DNA of 64,000 nt, from positions 13,890,001 through 13,954,000 of the forward strand of contig CM075989.1 in the NCBI GenBank assembly GCA_038087875.1, read 5' to 3'. Every line of letters begins with the position of its first letter. Within the stretch, counting starts at the first letter, position 1. Source of the stretch: Malacoraja senta. Its lineage: Eukaryota. Positions 24,771-36,995 of this stretch are shown here, one piece after another. The notes under the pieces are model-generated. The model did not search any database. It saw only the letters and a list, made by a program, of their open reading frames with translations, and was not told where the DNA came from. Position numbers and translations under genes: made by a program.

Positions 24771-25734
24771 TAATATATGGCTACCTGCCTTCTGTACACT
24801 CTTCGCGGGTGCTGTGTACACACTGGGGGGACGTGCTTTCTGTTTAGTCCATGGCTATAGTGAGCATTTCTGCAAAATCACTCTTCCCCAGCCTCAGCAA
24901 TTTGCTAGGATAAATGGAACAAATGACTATGGTGAAGCTCCAGTGAGATTGCTCCCCCTTTGTTGAGAGGGCAACGTCAGGGAGACAGCATGGAGTGCAA
25001 AGTGCAAAATGGCTGGGCTCAGATTCCTGCCCGTCACAGCAAGACATTGTTGGAAGGCAAACAAGAGGGGTATGCTCTCAAGATGCATTTTAAATTACTA
25101 GAGTCAGGCAATTGAATCGATTATCCTTCTTGGTCAAGCATGAACTAATTAAATCTGGGTTACTGGGTTTATCCAGCATGGTTGCGAAAATCAATGTTTC
25201 GAAGATCAATAGAACAGACTACAAAAGGATACAGAGAATAAATCAGTTGAGCTGCTAATTCTTGAGTGGATAATGGTATACATTATGATTCTGCCATCAA
25301 CAGAAAGAGAGTTTGGAAGGTTTTCCCTTCAGAAATCCCTCTAATAATAATGTCAGATATTCAGGGGCACTTTGTGAAAATTAGCACCTTGATGCTTTTG
25401 AGAACAGCTGGTCAAAATGTGTGAACATTGGCATCAGCCCCACAAAGAAAGAAAGAAGATATTGGGAGGAAATGTTCAGAAATGTACATTATGCATTTGG
25501 TAAGCCCGTAGTACAGAAGATGCCAACGTGCAGAAAACTCAATCTTACATCAAACAGATACCCATCCATGTCAAAATGCAAATCTATACAAATTAGGTTG
25601 AAAATAACTTATTTCTGATTCTCCAGTGACTCACCGGAGCAGCATTGTGCCAGCACGTAGCATATGAGTTAAGAACATCCTCCCTTTAAGGGGAATGAAC
25701 TTATTTGGGTCCCACATGAAAAATAACGTTTTTT

Positions 25735-25864
25735 CTGAAGAAGGGCCTCGACCCGAAATGTCACCCATTCCTTCTCTCCAGAGATGCTGCCTGTCCCGCT
25801 GAGTTACTCAAGCTTTTTTTTCGTCTATCTACGGTTTAAACCAGCATCTGCAGTTCCTTCCTAC
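25735..25864 (+). mobile_element. Short Penelope-terminus copy
   Basis: CTGAAGAAGGGCCTCGACCCGAAATGTCACCCATTCC...CCAGCATCTGCAGTTCCTTCCTAC. Confidence 0.75.
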
Positions 25865-25967
25865 AAAGGTTTTCGTAAACTGGCTTTTGACATGTTATTT
25901 ATTTTGTAGAGGATATTGCCCAAGATTTTTGTCAACAAAAACAGTCAGAAGAAAATTGGTGGGAATT

Positions 25968-26372
25968 CATAGAAACATAGAAACATAGGAAATAGGTGCA
26001 GGAGTAGGCCATTCGGCCCTTCGAGCCTGCACCGCCATTTGATATGATCATGGCTGATCATCCAACTCAGTATCCCATCCCTGCCTTCTCTCCATACCCC
26101 CTGATCCCTTTAGCCACAAGGGCCACATCTAACTCCCTCTTAAATATAGCCAATGAACTGGCCTCAACTACCTTCTGTGGCAGAGAATTCCACAGATTCA
26201 CCACTCTCTGTGTAAAAAATGATTTCCTCATCTCGGTCCTAAAAGTATTCCCTCTTATCCTTAAACTGTGGCCCCTAGTTCTGGACTTCCCCAACATCGG
26301 GAATAATCTTCCTGCATCTAGCCTGTCCAACCCCTTAAGAATTTTGTAAGTTTCTATAAGATCCCCCCCTCA
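25968..26372 (-). mobile_element. Young CR1 3' end
   Basis: LFPMLGKSRTRGHSLRIRGNTFRTEMRKSFFTQRVVNLWNSLPQKVVEASSLAIFKRELD (CR1 ORF2 C-terminus) plus octamer tail. Confidence 0.9.
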
Positions 26373-27449
26373 ACTCATTCGTGTTGGAGTTCCAATATTT
26401 CCGCTACTCAGTGGAGGAAAATAAAGGTTAAATTGATTAATGAGAGACATGTGCAGTTGTAGCCTCTGGGGATACCTTTGCCTCCTCTTACTAACAGTCA
26501 AATTATTTAGGGAAGGAATTCTGCTGTCCTTACTTTGTGAAAGTCAAAGTCAATTTTATGTTACAGGTTCAAACATCAGTTCCAATAAGATGATCAATAT
26601 CCGTGAGGGTCATCTCCCACTAATGGTCAGAAAATAGCGCCATAATTTAGTCGTCAGCAAATCGCGGCCAGCATTTTGCTGTCAAATCTACTTTCAAGAT
26701 TATAAAATGGCTGATTGGTATCACGAGAGAGTGAATGAAAAGCAGAAGTGAAGCTAAAGTCCCAGCTGGTGGGTCAAAGGATGCCAAGGTGAGATGTACA
26801 TTGATTCTAGAATTGCTGGCAATAACTTATTTGTGTGGACTGCCACCCTCCAGCCCTTCCTCTGATGATCTGTCTCATTTGAGGTTATTTTGCTGAAATA
26901 AGATGATGTTTTCCAACTAAAATCATGGTTTAATAAAGATTAATATTTCAAAAATTATTTTACTGCTTCTAAAGTGTTTTGGGATATGCTGAACCTTTCT
27001 CATATATTCTGTACCCCATAGCCACAAGAACTGCAGGTGTTGGTATCTTGAGTAGAACACAAAGTGCTGAAGCAACTCAGCTGGTCAGGCAGCATCGGTG
27101 GAAGAAATGTGCAGATGATGTTTTGTGACAGGACCCTTCTTCAGACTGAATAATGGTACAGACCCTAAATGTCTGTCCATTCCAGTTGCTCCGGCACTTC
27201 ATATTCTTCATTCTGGTATTTTAATAAGTTATGAATTATATTTCACAAATGGAAGAGTAAGATTTATTTTCACGACCTGCTGTACATATGGATGGCATGA
27301 TTATATTTGTGTCAGGTATGATTTGATGGGACAGCACACATACAAAGTTTTTCAATGTATCGCAGGAGAATAATAAGCCACGTTCTTGGGTGTATACATC
27401 TCCAATAATCTGTCCTGGGCCCCGCACATTGAGGCAATCATAAAATAAA

Positions 27450-27840
27450 GTTCATCAACCTCTCTACTTCCTCAGAAGTTTGAGGAGATTTAGCATGTCA
27501 CCAAATACTCTATCAAACATCTACAACTGCAGAGTGGCGAGCACAATAATAACTGGTTGCATCGTGGCCTAGTTCAGAAACCTGGCTGCTCAAGAACCGA
27601 GGAGGCTGCAAAAAGTGGTGGACAATGCCCAGTCCATCACAGGTATTGACCTCCCTACCCTTGAAGGAATTTACAGGAAGCACTGCCAAAGGAGGCAGTT
27701 AATATCATCAAAGACCCCACACCACCATAGCCATGCTCTTCTCGCTGCTACCATCAGGAAGGTGGTAGAGGAGCCTGAAAACACTTACCTCCAGGTTCAA
27801 GAACACCACCTTCCCATCAACCATCAGCCTTCTGAATAAC
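27450..27840 (+). mobile_element. Rex1/Babar-like LINE 3' fragment
   Basis: LYFLRSLRRF...RRLQKVVDNAQSITG, typical of the Rex1 RT C-terminus. Degraded. Confidence 0.65.
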
Positions 27841-28228
27841 CCTAACCACAATCGTACCTCAACGCTAAACCACTGTGGACTTGGCACTACTGTGGCTGCT
27901 ATGTACTTTGGTCTTTGCATGTCAGGTTTTGGTTTACTGAGAATAACCAATAGTTTATTGTAATTATTGTTGTTGCTGGTGCTCATGTGTCTGTTGAGCT
28001 GCAGCAAGAAGAATGTCATTGTTTTGGTTAAGGTTGGGTTCATATGAGAAACCTACCCTTGATTTGATGCTCGACTTAGGATCCCTTAAGATCTGGAAGT
28101 TTCAGTTAAATCCCTTCTCACTTTAAGCTCCGACATATACAAAGCCAGCCTGTAAAAACCTTTCCCTCATAAGACAACCAGCGTTTTTCAAACATAGATT
28201 TGGTAAACGTTATCAGCTCTTCTTCCAA

Positions 28229-29435
28229 TCTATATTACTAAAAGTCTGATCTTGACCACTTCCTGTTGTTCTGTATATTGATTTTAGAAAAAACGCTGCC
28301 ACTTACGGCTGTGATGTTTGGCCATCTTACTCAGAGCCCCCCTCCGCTGCGCAGGACAAGAGGATTTTTCCCATCGATTAAAAATAAAAGAGTTATTAGT
28401 GTTTAAAAAATGTTGAGATTTTCTCTCCTGAAGGCTACGCCCCTTCCGGAGGGACTATAAAACCCAGACGTGTTGAGTGCCTCAGTCAGTTTCTGCAAGA
28501 TGGGGGAGCGAGAGGGTCACAGCTCTCAGTCTGAGCTGTGAATAACACTGAACACATGTCTACTAAACTGTGAGTGGTTTTACTGACCTGTCAGTGCCCT
28601 TAATGTGGTTTGAAAATATAGTTTGGAAATGCTAAAGCTGTATTGCCTTTGGTTTGGATATGCCAAAGCTGTGTTGCCTAATTAAAGTTGCCTTGCCTAA
28701 TTAAAGTTGCCTTTCCTAATTAAAGTTGCTTTGCCTAATTAAAGTTGCCTTGCCTTCTATATAATTAAAAGTCTAATCTTGACCACTTCCTGTTTGCGCT
28801 TTATATTGATTTTAGAAAAAATGCTACCATGTACGGCTGTGATTTTTGGCTATCTTACTCGGAGTCCCCCTCTGCTCATCAGGTGCCGAGGATTTTTCCC
28901 ATCGATGAAAAATAAAAGTTATTAGTGTTTAAAAAATGTTGCGATTCTCTCTCCTGTCATCACGCCACGCCCCTTCTGGTGGGAGGGGGGAGGGACTATA
29001 AAACCCACAAGTGTGGGCGTGGCTCAGTCTCTACAAGATGGAGGAGGGAGAGGTCATGACTCGCTGTCTTTAGTGGCCTTGCAACCTGCTTGAAATGGTA
29101 TGAAACTGCACTTGAATTTGGTGGCCTTGCACCCTGCTTGAAATGGAATTTCAATGAATAGCCGTGAGTCAACTGCCAGCCCACCAGCCATGAGTGAGCA
29201 AGCACAACGGGCTTGAGTGACTGAGCCGCCAGCCCAAGAATCCATTCGGCCCACAATGTCCATACTAGCCCTCTGGAAACCAGTCCCTTCAGCCCACAAC
29301 ACCCATACTAGCGCTCCAGAAAGCCCCCCCCCTAACTGGCCACCAATATTGGAATTGGTGGAGAGATGGAATATTGCATTGGGGGACCAGCCCTCCCGTG
29401 TGATGCAGGGACCCAACGGGTCCCACTTAGTCTAG
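28229..29435 (+). mobile_element. Non-autonomous Helitron with duplicated 5' module
   Basis: Starts A|TCTATA (28229) and ends CTAG|T (29435). GGGACCC-AAC-GGGTCCC hairpin (29408-29424) ends 11 nt before the 3' end. No TSD. Second TCTATA 5' module at 28756. Confidence 0.85.
28677..28755 (+). repeat. Minisatellite inside Helitron, ~4 x 19 bp CCTAATTAAAGTTGCCTTG
   Basis: Directly visible tandem copies with single substitutions. Confidence 0.9.
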
Positions 29436-30351
29436 TATTTCCTTAAATAAGCAGACCAGCATTCAACACAGGAGTCCAGAGGTGGCTTTACCAATATTCT
29501 GGCACATCTCTCTAGATTTTTGTTAACTCAGTTCCATATTCTGGAAGCATTCATCATTACTCGTTGGGCCAGCAGTGAGTCACATTGCCACATTGTGAAG
29601 CTCCCACACTTACAACATTGTGGGTATCCCCACACCTCAAGGACAGCAGCAGTTCAAGAAAGCAGCTCACCATCAACTTCTCAAGGGCAACTAATGTTGG
29701 CTCAGGCTGAGAAGCCCACATCCCTTCAAGGAACAAAGACAAATAATTTTTAAAATGTGATTTTTTTTCATATTGTTCCATTCCATACGTAGCCATTCTA
29801 ATATCTTAATATCTTCCTATATTTTACTCAATTTGCCAGATCTTTGATCTCTCACTTAGCTATTTTTATCGCTTTGTACCGTTATGTCCTCTTCACAATG
29901 ACTCTCACATCTGCCATGACCAAATTTTGGAACTATACTTGCAGTGCCCTCATCTAAGTCATGTCTGTAAACTGCAGAATGTTGAGCCCCAGCACCAAAC
30001 CCTGCAGCACACTTGTTACAGCTCTGATCAGAAACAGACCCATTTATGCCTGCTTTGTTTCCTGTTAGTCAGTAAATCTTCTATCCATACCAATAAGTTA
30101 CCTCCTACACATAAGCTTTTATCTTCTGCAATAACAGTTGATGGAATACCTTATCAAATGCGTGGTTTGAATTTAAACATCATACGCCCACTTGCTGCCC
30201 TTCATCCACCGCATCATTAAAGAGCTCCATTAAATATTCCACTCGATCGTCAGACAACCTTCTTCGCCATCTGCAAGTCCTCCGATATTTCTGTCTTCTG
30301 AAAACGTACAAATCAGACCTCCTACTTTCTTATCCAAGTAATTCATATATA

Positions 30352-30767
30352 TTCTCTTCTTCGGCCCCCTTCAGTCATGGCTGACCATGGGTGTCTCCAG
30401 GGTGCTATTCCCTATATGGAGGACGCCTCCATATAGGGACTTTGTTTAACATGGGGGTACTGGTGTACAGACAGCCACCCCACGGTCCTTGACAGATCTG
30501 GGTCAGGATCAAATGGCATGGAGACAAGACAACTGGAGACCCTTTTCTGCTGCAGCCTTCATCCGCCTTCCTAGCCGTTGTGACGCTCCACTAGGGTAAG
30601 CCATCATCCTCCGCCTGTTCCACCATTGAGGTCTTGGTTGGATTGCTCTTTGTCAGAGACCTCCCCCTCGACCTTACCACCATGGGTGGCCCTACCAGAC
30701 GGCATCGCTCTCAGGATCTCAGGTCCACACAAGCTTTCCCACCACGACAAGGTGGCAATCCACAGAG
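30352..30767 (-). mobile_element. Non-autonomous RTE-clade-derived element
   Basis: Minus strand starts GGATTGCCACCTTGTCGTGGTGGG..GATCCTGAGAGCGATGCCG..GGTAGGGCCACCCATGG..CTGACAAAGAGC, resembling RTE (Expander/BovB-type) 5' ends. Ends in a GAAGAAGA tail and has an imperfect AAGT..ATATATT flanking duplication. Confidence 0.6.
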
Positions 30768-32865
30768 AAGTTATATATATTACAAACAGCACTATTCCCT
30801 GCAGTACACTGCTTGCAACAGATTTCCAGTCAACAAACACCCTCCACTACAGCAGTTTAATAGTTTGTGGGAAACTAGCCTGGCCAGGTGACTGGGTTTC
30901 AATGGAAGAGCATTTTGGGAAGAGAGATCACAACTGTGATTCTTAGAAACTCCATAAACCCCATTTATACTCTAAATATGAAGCTCATTGCCACCACCTT
31001 GGCCACCACTGCCACCTGACTTCCTCAGTTTATACGTAGATTAAAATCCCCATGATTATCACTGTACCTTTCTGATTGGTTCACATTACTTCTACCACTG
31101 TAACATATCAATCACCAAATCACTTTCAACCCTGTGAAGTGTGTCACTTCTACGTTTTCTCAAAAACAATCTCCATACACACATCAACAGAATCATAGTT
31201 ATAGTTGGCAGAGATGCCCTCTGGTCTGAGCATCGTGCTCTCTGGCTCCCTGTGCTGGAAGTGTGCACTCATCCAGCACTTTGACATTTCTTTGGGAAAT
31301 ATCCAAACAGGAAGAGACTGTAAGGCAGCTGGCTACTCTAAATCAGTACCAGTACCCACCCCCGGCGAGCTCTGATGAAAGATTGCAGACCTGCACCATT
31401 GACAGTTTCTCTTCCCACAGAGGTTGCCTGACCTGCTGAGACTTTCCAGCATTTTCTGTTTTTATTTTAGGCGAGTGATTGGAATTGAGTATTTCCAAGT
31501 AGAAAATGTAATTGCCCAGAAATTCATTTCTGCTTGGTAGAGCTAAACACAAGTTATCCAAATGGCTTGTGGCTCTTGACTTTCTGAAATTCAGTTTGAT
31601 TAATTTAGGAAGCATGCTCTACTGGTCACTTAACCTGATGAGTTTATGAGCAATAATGACCCTACCTCTGCAAATAATGAGCTGATGGTGACCAACGATT
31701 TCTGATAACGGAGTTCACTCTTTATTCCAATTAAACGGAGTCAACAACTGGTGGTGGGTCAGTGCAGGATTACTCAAGTGAATTACCTGCTGAGACAAGC
31801 CCTGCCCAACTCATTGTACATTCAACATATGATCTCTGTGCGCTCATTCAAATAGAGTTTCCGTGAAATGATTGCTCTGTGTTTTGCACTGTAAGTCAGA
31901 TGGAGAGCATAAATAGAGGTATTGTACATGTGCGTGATCACATTTTTGTTGATCTGCATGGACTGCGAATGAAAGCCTTGGAAATGATAAATATGGAACA
32001 CTGTTTCAAATTAAATAATGACCGTGGAACAAGCAAGCACAGTTCAAACTAATGAAAGGAAATTTTGGTCTGATGTCAGGAAGTTTTTTCTTCCTGCAGT
32101 GATCACATGTGGGATTGGCTTGGGTAATGCAGGAAGAAAAAAATCCAGCAAATTGTCTCAGAAACAGATTCTGTGATGGAGAGACAATAGTTTCCTTCAT
32201 GGGTGACACTCATTCAGATTTATTTTTCTAAGTTCAATGCTACTTTGAAGTACAATAAAATTGGTTGCTCTCAGCTCAACCCTGGCAGGAACTGACCAAC
32301 TTGCTGTTGAACATGAGCTTGTCTGTTCAGTTATTTTTATCCAGGTAAAAGGAGGCTCTGATCCATGAACACATCAGGCTGGCGCCTTTTCCAATATCCT
32401 TCCTGCACACACACCCACTTGGCAGATTTTATAAACAGAACATCTTATGAATTAGCCCAAATCTGAATCGATGTAATCTCTGCTACATGACTTAATGAAC
32501 TTTTGGCCAAATAATTAGTCATAAAGTGTTACAGTGCGGAACAGGCCCTTTGGCCCAACGCCCACCCCGGCCAACATGTCCCAGCTACACTAGGTCCACC
32601 TGCATGTGTTTGGTCCACCAAACCTGCCCTATCCATGTACCTGTCTAACTATTTCTTTAAACTGATGACAGTGAAGTGGCTATCAGAGAGGAATAGGAAT
32701 GAAATGTAAGAGGGCTTAATAAATAAAAGTTTGCATTGTCACTTAAAGTCAAAATGAATGATATTAGTGTATAAATATAATTAAGCTATTTTGTCACTTG
32801 CATGACCCTGCAAGATTGAGAGAGAGTGAGAGCAGGTCAGAGAGTGAGGGAGACAGACAGAAAGG

Positions 32866-33176
32866 ACGACAGTGACGCACGCAGTCATAGAACTGCTGCC
32901 TTACAGCGCCAGATACTCGGTTTCAATCCTAACTACGTCCTGTCTGTGCTGAGTTTGAAAGGTCTCCCTGTGACCCCGTGGGTTTTCTCCGGGTGCTCCG
33001 TTTTCCACCCACATTTCAAAAACATGCAGGTTTGTAAGTTAACTTGCATCTGTAAAATGCCGCTGGTGAGTAGGCTGCGAAAATAGGATAACATAGAAAT
33101 AGTGCACGGGTGGTGAAAGGGCAGCGTGCACTCATTAGGCCAAAGGGCCTGTTTCTGTGCTGTATCTCTAAACTAA
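32866..33176 (+). mobile_element. V-SINE (HE1-like)
   Basis: V-domain GTGGGTTTTCTCCGGGTGCTCCGTTTTCC and GGGCCTGTTTCTGTGCTGTATCTCTAAACTAA tail. Confidence 0.8.
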
Positions 33177-33462
33177 GGAGGGAGTGAGGGTGAAAGAACG
33201 TGACAGAATATGTGAGAGGTAGAGGGAGGGAGTGAGAGAGAATGTGAGAGAGCGCGCAAGGGTGGGGGTGTGTGAGTCAAAGAGAGGGTGGTGTTAGATG
33301 GTCATGGGAGGCTGATATTGTCACAGCTGCAGGTGAGGATTAATGTGTTGTAAGCGACTCCTTGCAAGGTATCAGTGGTCACTATCCAAATTCATCTAGC
33401 GTTAGAGAATAAGTGATGTTTAGAATTAAAAGGGCAATTTGTAGTTGAATTCAAAGAAGTGG

Positions 33463-34345
33463 AGAAGGTAGTTGAGGCCACAGAAGGTAGTTGAGGCCAG
33501 TTCATTGGCTATATTTAAGAGGGAGTTAGATGTGACCCTTGTGGCTAAAGGGATCAGGGGGTATGGAGAGAAGGCAGGGATGGGATACTGAGTTGGATGA
33601 TCAGCCATGATCATATCAAATGGCGGTGTGTAACAACACAAGGGCTGGAGACCAGCGAGAGTGGTCCAACAGGTGAGCCATAGATCGTATGAGGTGGAGT
33701 TAGAGTCAGGAGGTGTTCTGAGACAAAATCGTTGCCACCTCAGACACAATCTCACCACGCTCACACCAACACAAAACACACCCACACCAACAGTGACTGA
33801 GGCGGCCATACCGCCAGATGGCCCAGCAGATCACCAAGACACGGTCACCAGGTCAGGTCGACAAGTTGTCAGACCCCGCTACCCGACAGACTATACTCAG
33901 TGATTAGAGTATGGACTATGAGAAAAAAAAAGAAAGAAATGAAAATGTGTTGTTGATGCACTTGCTGGAAAACGGATGTTTTGAACTGTTGTTTTATTAT
34001 TGCTTATGTTGTTAGATCTGTTGTAAATGAGCAGAGCATATGGTACAAGTTTGTTGCACTAGAATACCTAAGGGAAAGAGACTAACTTGAAAAAAGAAAG
34101 AAAGATGTAACAATAGGATTGTTTATTTAAGTACTGTTGTACGGGGGACTGTTTTAGAGGTGACACCGGGCTCGCGGCCCAGTTGGGATGATGGCTGCAC
34201 AAAGACAATAAAGTTCAAGTAAGCAAGACTGCTTTAATCGTCCATTATGTATCGTCCAGATAGACCAAGAACATAATGAAACACGGTGCAGGCTCGAAGG
34301 GCCGAATGGCCTACTCCTGCACCTATTTTCTATGTTTCTATGTTA
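33463..34345 (+). mobile_element. Young CR1 3' end interrupted by an LTR element
   Basis: Reverse complement of the 7482/25968 tails. Split at CGGTG, resumes at 34284, and ends TTTCTATGTTTCTATG. Confidence 0.85.
33629..34283 (+). mobile_element. Internally deleted Gypsy-like LTR retrotransposon (8 bp of 5' LTR, integrase C-terminus, PPT, complete 178-bp 3' LTR)
   Basis: TG...CA ends with CGGTG TSD (33624-33628 and 34284-34288). RSYEVELESGGVLRQNRCHLR...TRSGRQVVRPRYPTDY*. Purine tract ending at 34105, LTR TGTAACAA 34106..ACA 34283, AATAAA at 34207. Confidence 0.85.
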
Positions 34346-35565
34346 AGTGGCAACTTCAACAGAAGGGATTGGATTTACATTCCTTATTGGTTCCCAAGCC
34401 TTGTGGCAAACAGGAGGTAAAACTAAAATGGAACAGCCATTTTCTAATTAATTCAATTTTGCCCACCCCCATTCTGCAGCACACTGGCATGACCAGTGGT
34501 TAGCCAAAGTAAAGCCATCTTCTATTAAGCTAACTTACAGAAATAATACATGACCTATATGTCCCAGACTAATTGCAAGTTATGTCATGTGCAGCAATGA
34601 CTAATTGGCTTTGATTCCAACTGTGATCTCAGTGCCAGCTTTTCCCGTGAGGCTGCAGCTATTGTTTCTTATTTAAGGACAGGAGGAATGCAAGAAGAAA
34701 CATTATTTAACCACATCACTCACCAAAATGTAGTTACCATTCTTCAAAACCACCTTCCAAACCATCACTATGATCATTTTGAGGCACAAACCTTGGGTGT
34801 TTCATCGACTTTACAGTGGCCGTGCGGAAGAAAACAAAATGGATTAAAAAGGACCTAGATAATTGGGCATGAGATACTGCTGGATGCTTAATATTATTGC
34901 TGTCTCATCTCACATTTCTTCCAGTGAATCTTGATAACTATCCACCCCCACAGGCACTATTCACAGATAACATTATATTTAAAACATTGCTGAAATATGA
35001 CAGCATTAGACAGGCACAAATAGAGCTACAGAAGGAAGTGGATCTATTGCAGGCAAATGGGATTATCAAAGTGGGGCAAAAAGACTATAACTAGAATGAA
35101 GTGTTTTCTTTGGGATTCTTAACATTGCATATAATCTATTCTACACATTATTTTTTTCCCTCCAAGATATACATTTCCCAGCTTGCTTGTGAGTTCAATA
35201 ACAACTGGCCACTTTCCTTCTGTGCCACATTGTAAATGGTTAAATGTTGCTGCTGACATCACTGCTGTTGCTGCAAATGCAGTTAACAGCATCAAGGTCA
35301 GCTGCCTCTGCATCAGCACGTATGCCCCATTTAGAATAAATTCCCTAAAAATAATCACTTCACCTTCATGAAATATTTGTCGTCTTTGAATATGTTCACA
35401 AACAACTACAATTATGAAAGTAAACTGCACCAATGCACTTTGATTTCAAGTCTCATGCAAGTTTGGCTTTTGTTTGCCCAAATACAAAGGTTCTGTCCAA
35501 TATGTTTCCATAAAGATGATGCCCCTTTCAGATGCTTGCATATTCAAATAGACATGAGTGTCAAA

Positions 35566-35782
35566 ATGTGTAAGAAGGAACTGCAGATGCTGGTTTACAC
35601 CAAAGATACACATGAAAAGATGGAGTAACTCAGCAGGTCAGGCAGCATCTCTAGAGAAAAGGAATAGGTGACGTCTCGGGTCTGAAGAAGGGTCTCGACT
35701 CAAAACGTCATCTATTCCTTTTCTCCAGAGATTCTGCCTGACCCTCTAAGTTACTCCAGCATTGTGTGTCATCTTTTTGGAA
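35566..35782. mobile_element. Fold-back Penelope-terminus element with 12-bp TSD
   Basis: ATGAGTGTCAAA at 35554-35565 and 35783-35794, with inverted arms around CTGAAGAAGGGTCTCGAC. Confidence 0.8.
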
Positions 35783-36687
35783 ATGAGTGTCAAACTGATA
35801 TACCTGCACTCACAGTAACTGCTGTTTCCTGCAGATTCAGGACTGCAATGAAGAAAGGGCCGTCTGTTATTCTGGGACTAATTGTGTGAATGTGAACGGG
35901 TATATCAGGTACTTTGGACGTTTTCACTTTTCATCTGCTGGTCCCAAATGATAAAATGTTTGGAACCTGTCATGTACTCAAGAACAGAATGCACAGTCTA
36001 GCAGATTGTAAGTTGCAGATATTCAGGTTGAAGTTTCCCAGTCTTTGGAATTAATATAGGAGTAGAGAAAGGTGGAACGGGGTACTAATGTTGAATGGCG
36101 GTGATGACTCGAAGGGCCGAATGGCCTACACCTGCCCCTATTTTTCTATGTTTCTAACACAGATGCAATTTCCACATCACCCTCCTCCTCTATAAGCACA
36201 GCTTCCAGGCACTAATCATTGCCAGCTCAGGTATGGGGGCGAAAAAGTCACAGAATTGTCTGCTCCAAGAAAACCTTCACAAGAACGCAAAATTGGAGCA
36301 GAAGTAGGCCACGGCCCCTCAAGTCTTCAATATGAGGTTCCTGAGGCTTAATTTCCTCCTCTTTGCCAGTTTCCCTCTGCACTAAATCCCGAGTCTGTTA
36401 TCATATGCACAAGGACAGTGAGGTACAGGTAAAATGAAAATAATGCTGGCAGCAGTGTCACATGCACAGACTCAGACAAATACACAAAAATAAATTATAC
36501 ATAATACACAAAACATTTCCAAAAATAAGAAGACTGCAAAAAAACAAGACATTAGTGCGACAACATAATTGTGAAAATAACATGTCCATGCTGGTGCTAA
36601 AGGTGATCTGTAGTGTTCAGTGTCCCAGATAGGATTAGAGTTGCGCAGGTTGGTTTTAGAACTTGATAGATTTTGCCCATCACCATT

Positions 36688-36995
36688 TGGGTAGCATGGT
36701 GGTGGTAGAGTTGCTGCCTTACAGCGCCAGGGACCCAGGTTCAACCCTGACTACGGTGCTGTCTGTATGGAGTTTATAAGTTCTCCCTGTGACCGTGCGG
36801 GTTTCCCCCGGGTGCTTCGGTTTCCTCCCACACTCCAAAGACTTACAGGTTTGTAGGTAAATTGGGTTCTGTAAAAAAGATTGCAAACTGTCCGTAGTGT
36901 GCAGGATAGTGCTAGAGTACGGGGGAAATTGCTGGTCGATGTGGACTCGGTGGCCCGATGGGCCTGTTTCCGTGCTGTATCTCTAAATTAAACCG
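36688..36995 (+). mobile_element. V-SINE (HE1-like)
   Basis: GGTAGAGTTGCTGCCTTACAGCGCCAGGGACCCAGGTTCAACCCTG head (B-box-like), V-domain and tail. Confidence 0.85.

Noticed and set aside
28677..28755. CRISPR-like repeat array
   Set aside because: Head-to-tail 19-mers with no unique spacers, in a vertebrate genome with no cas genes.
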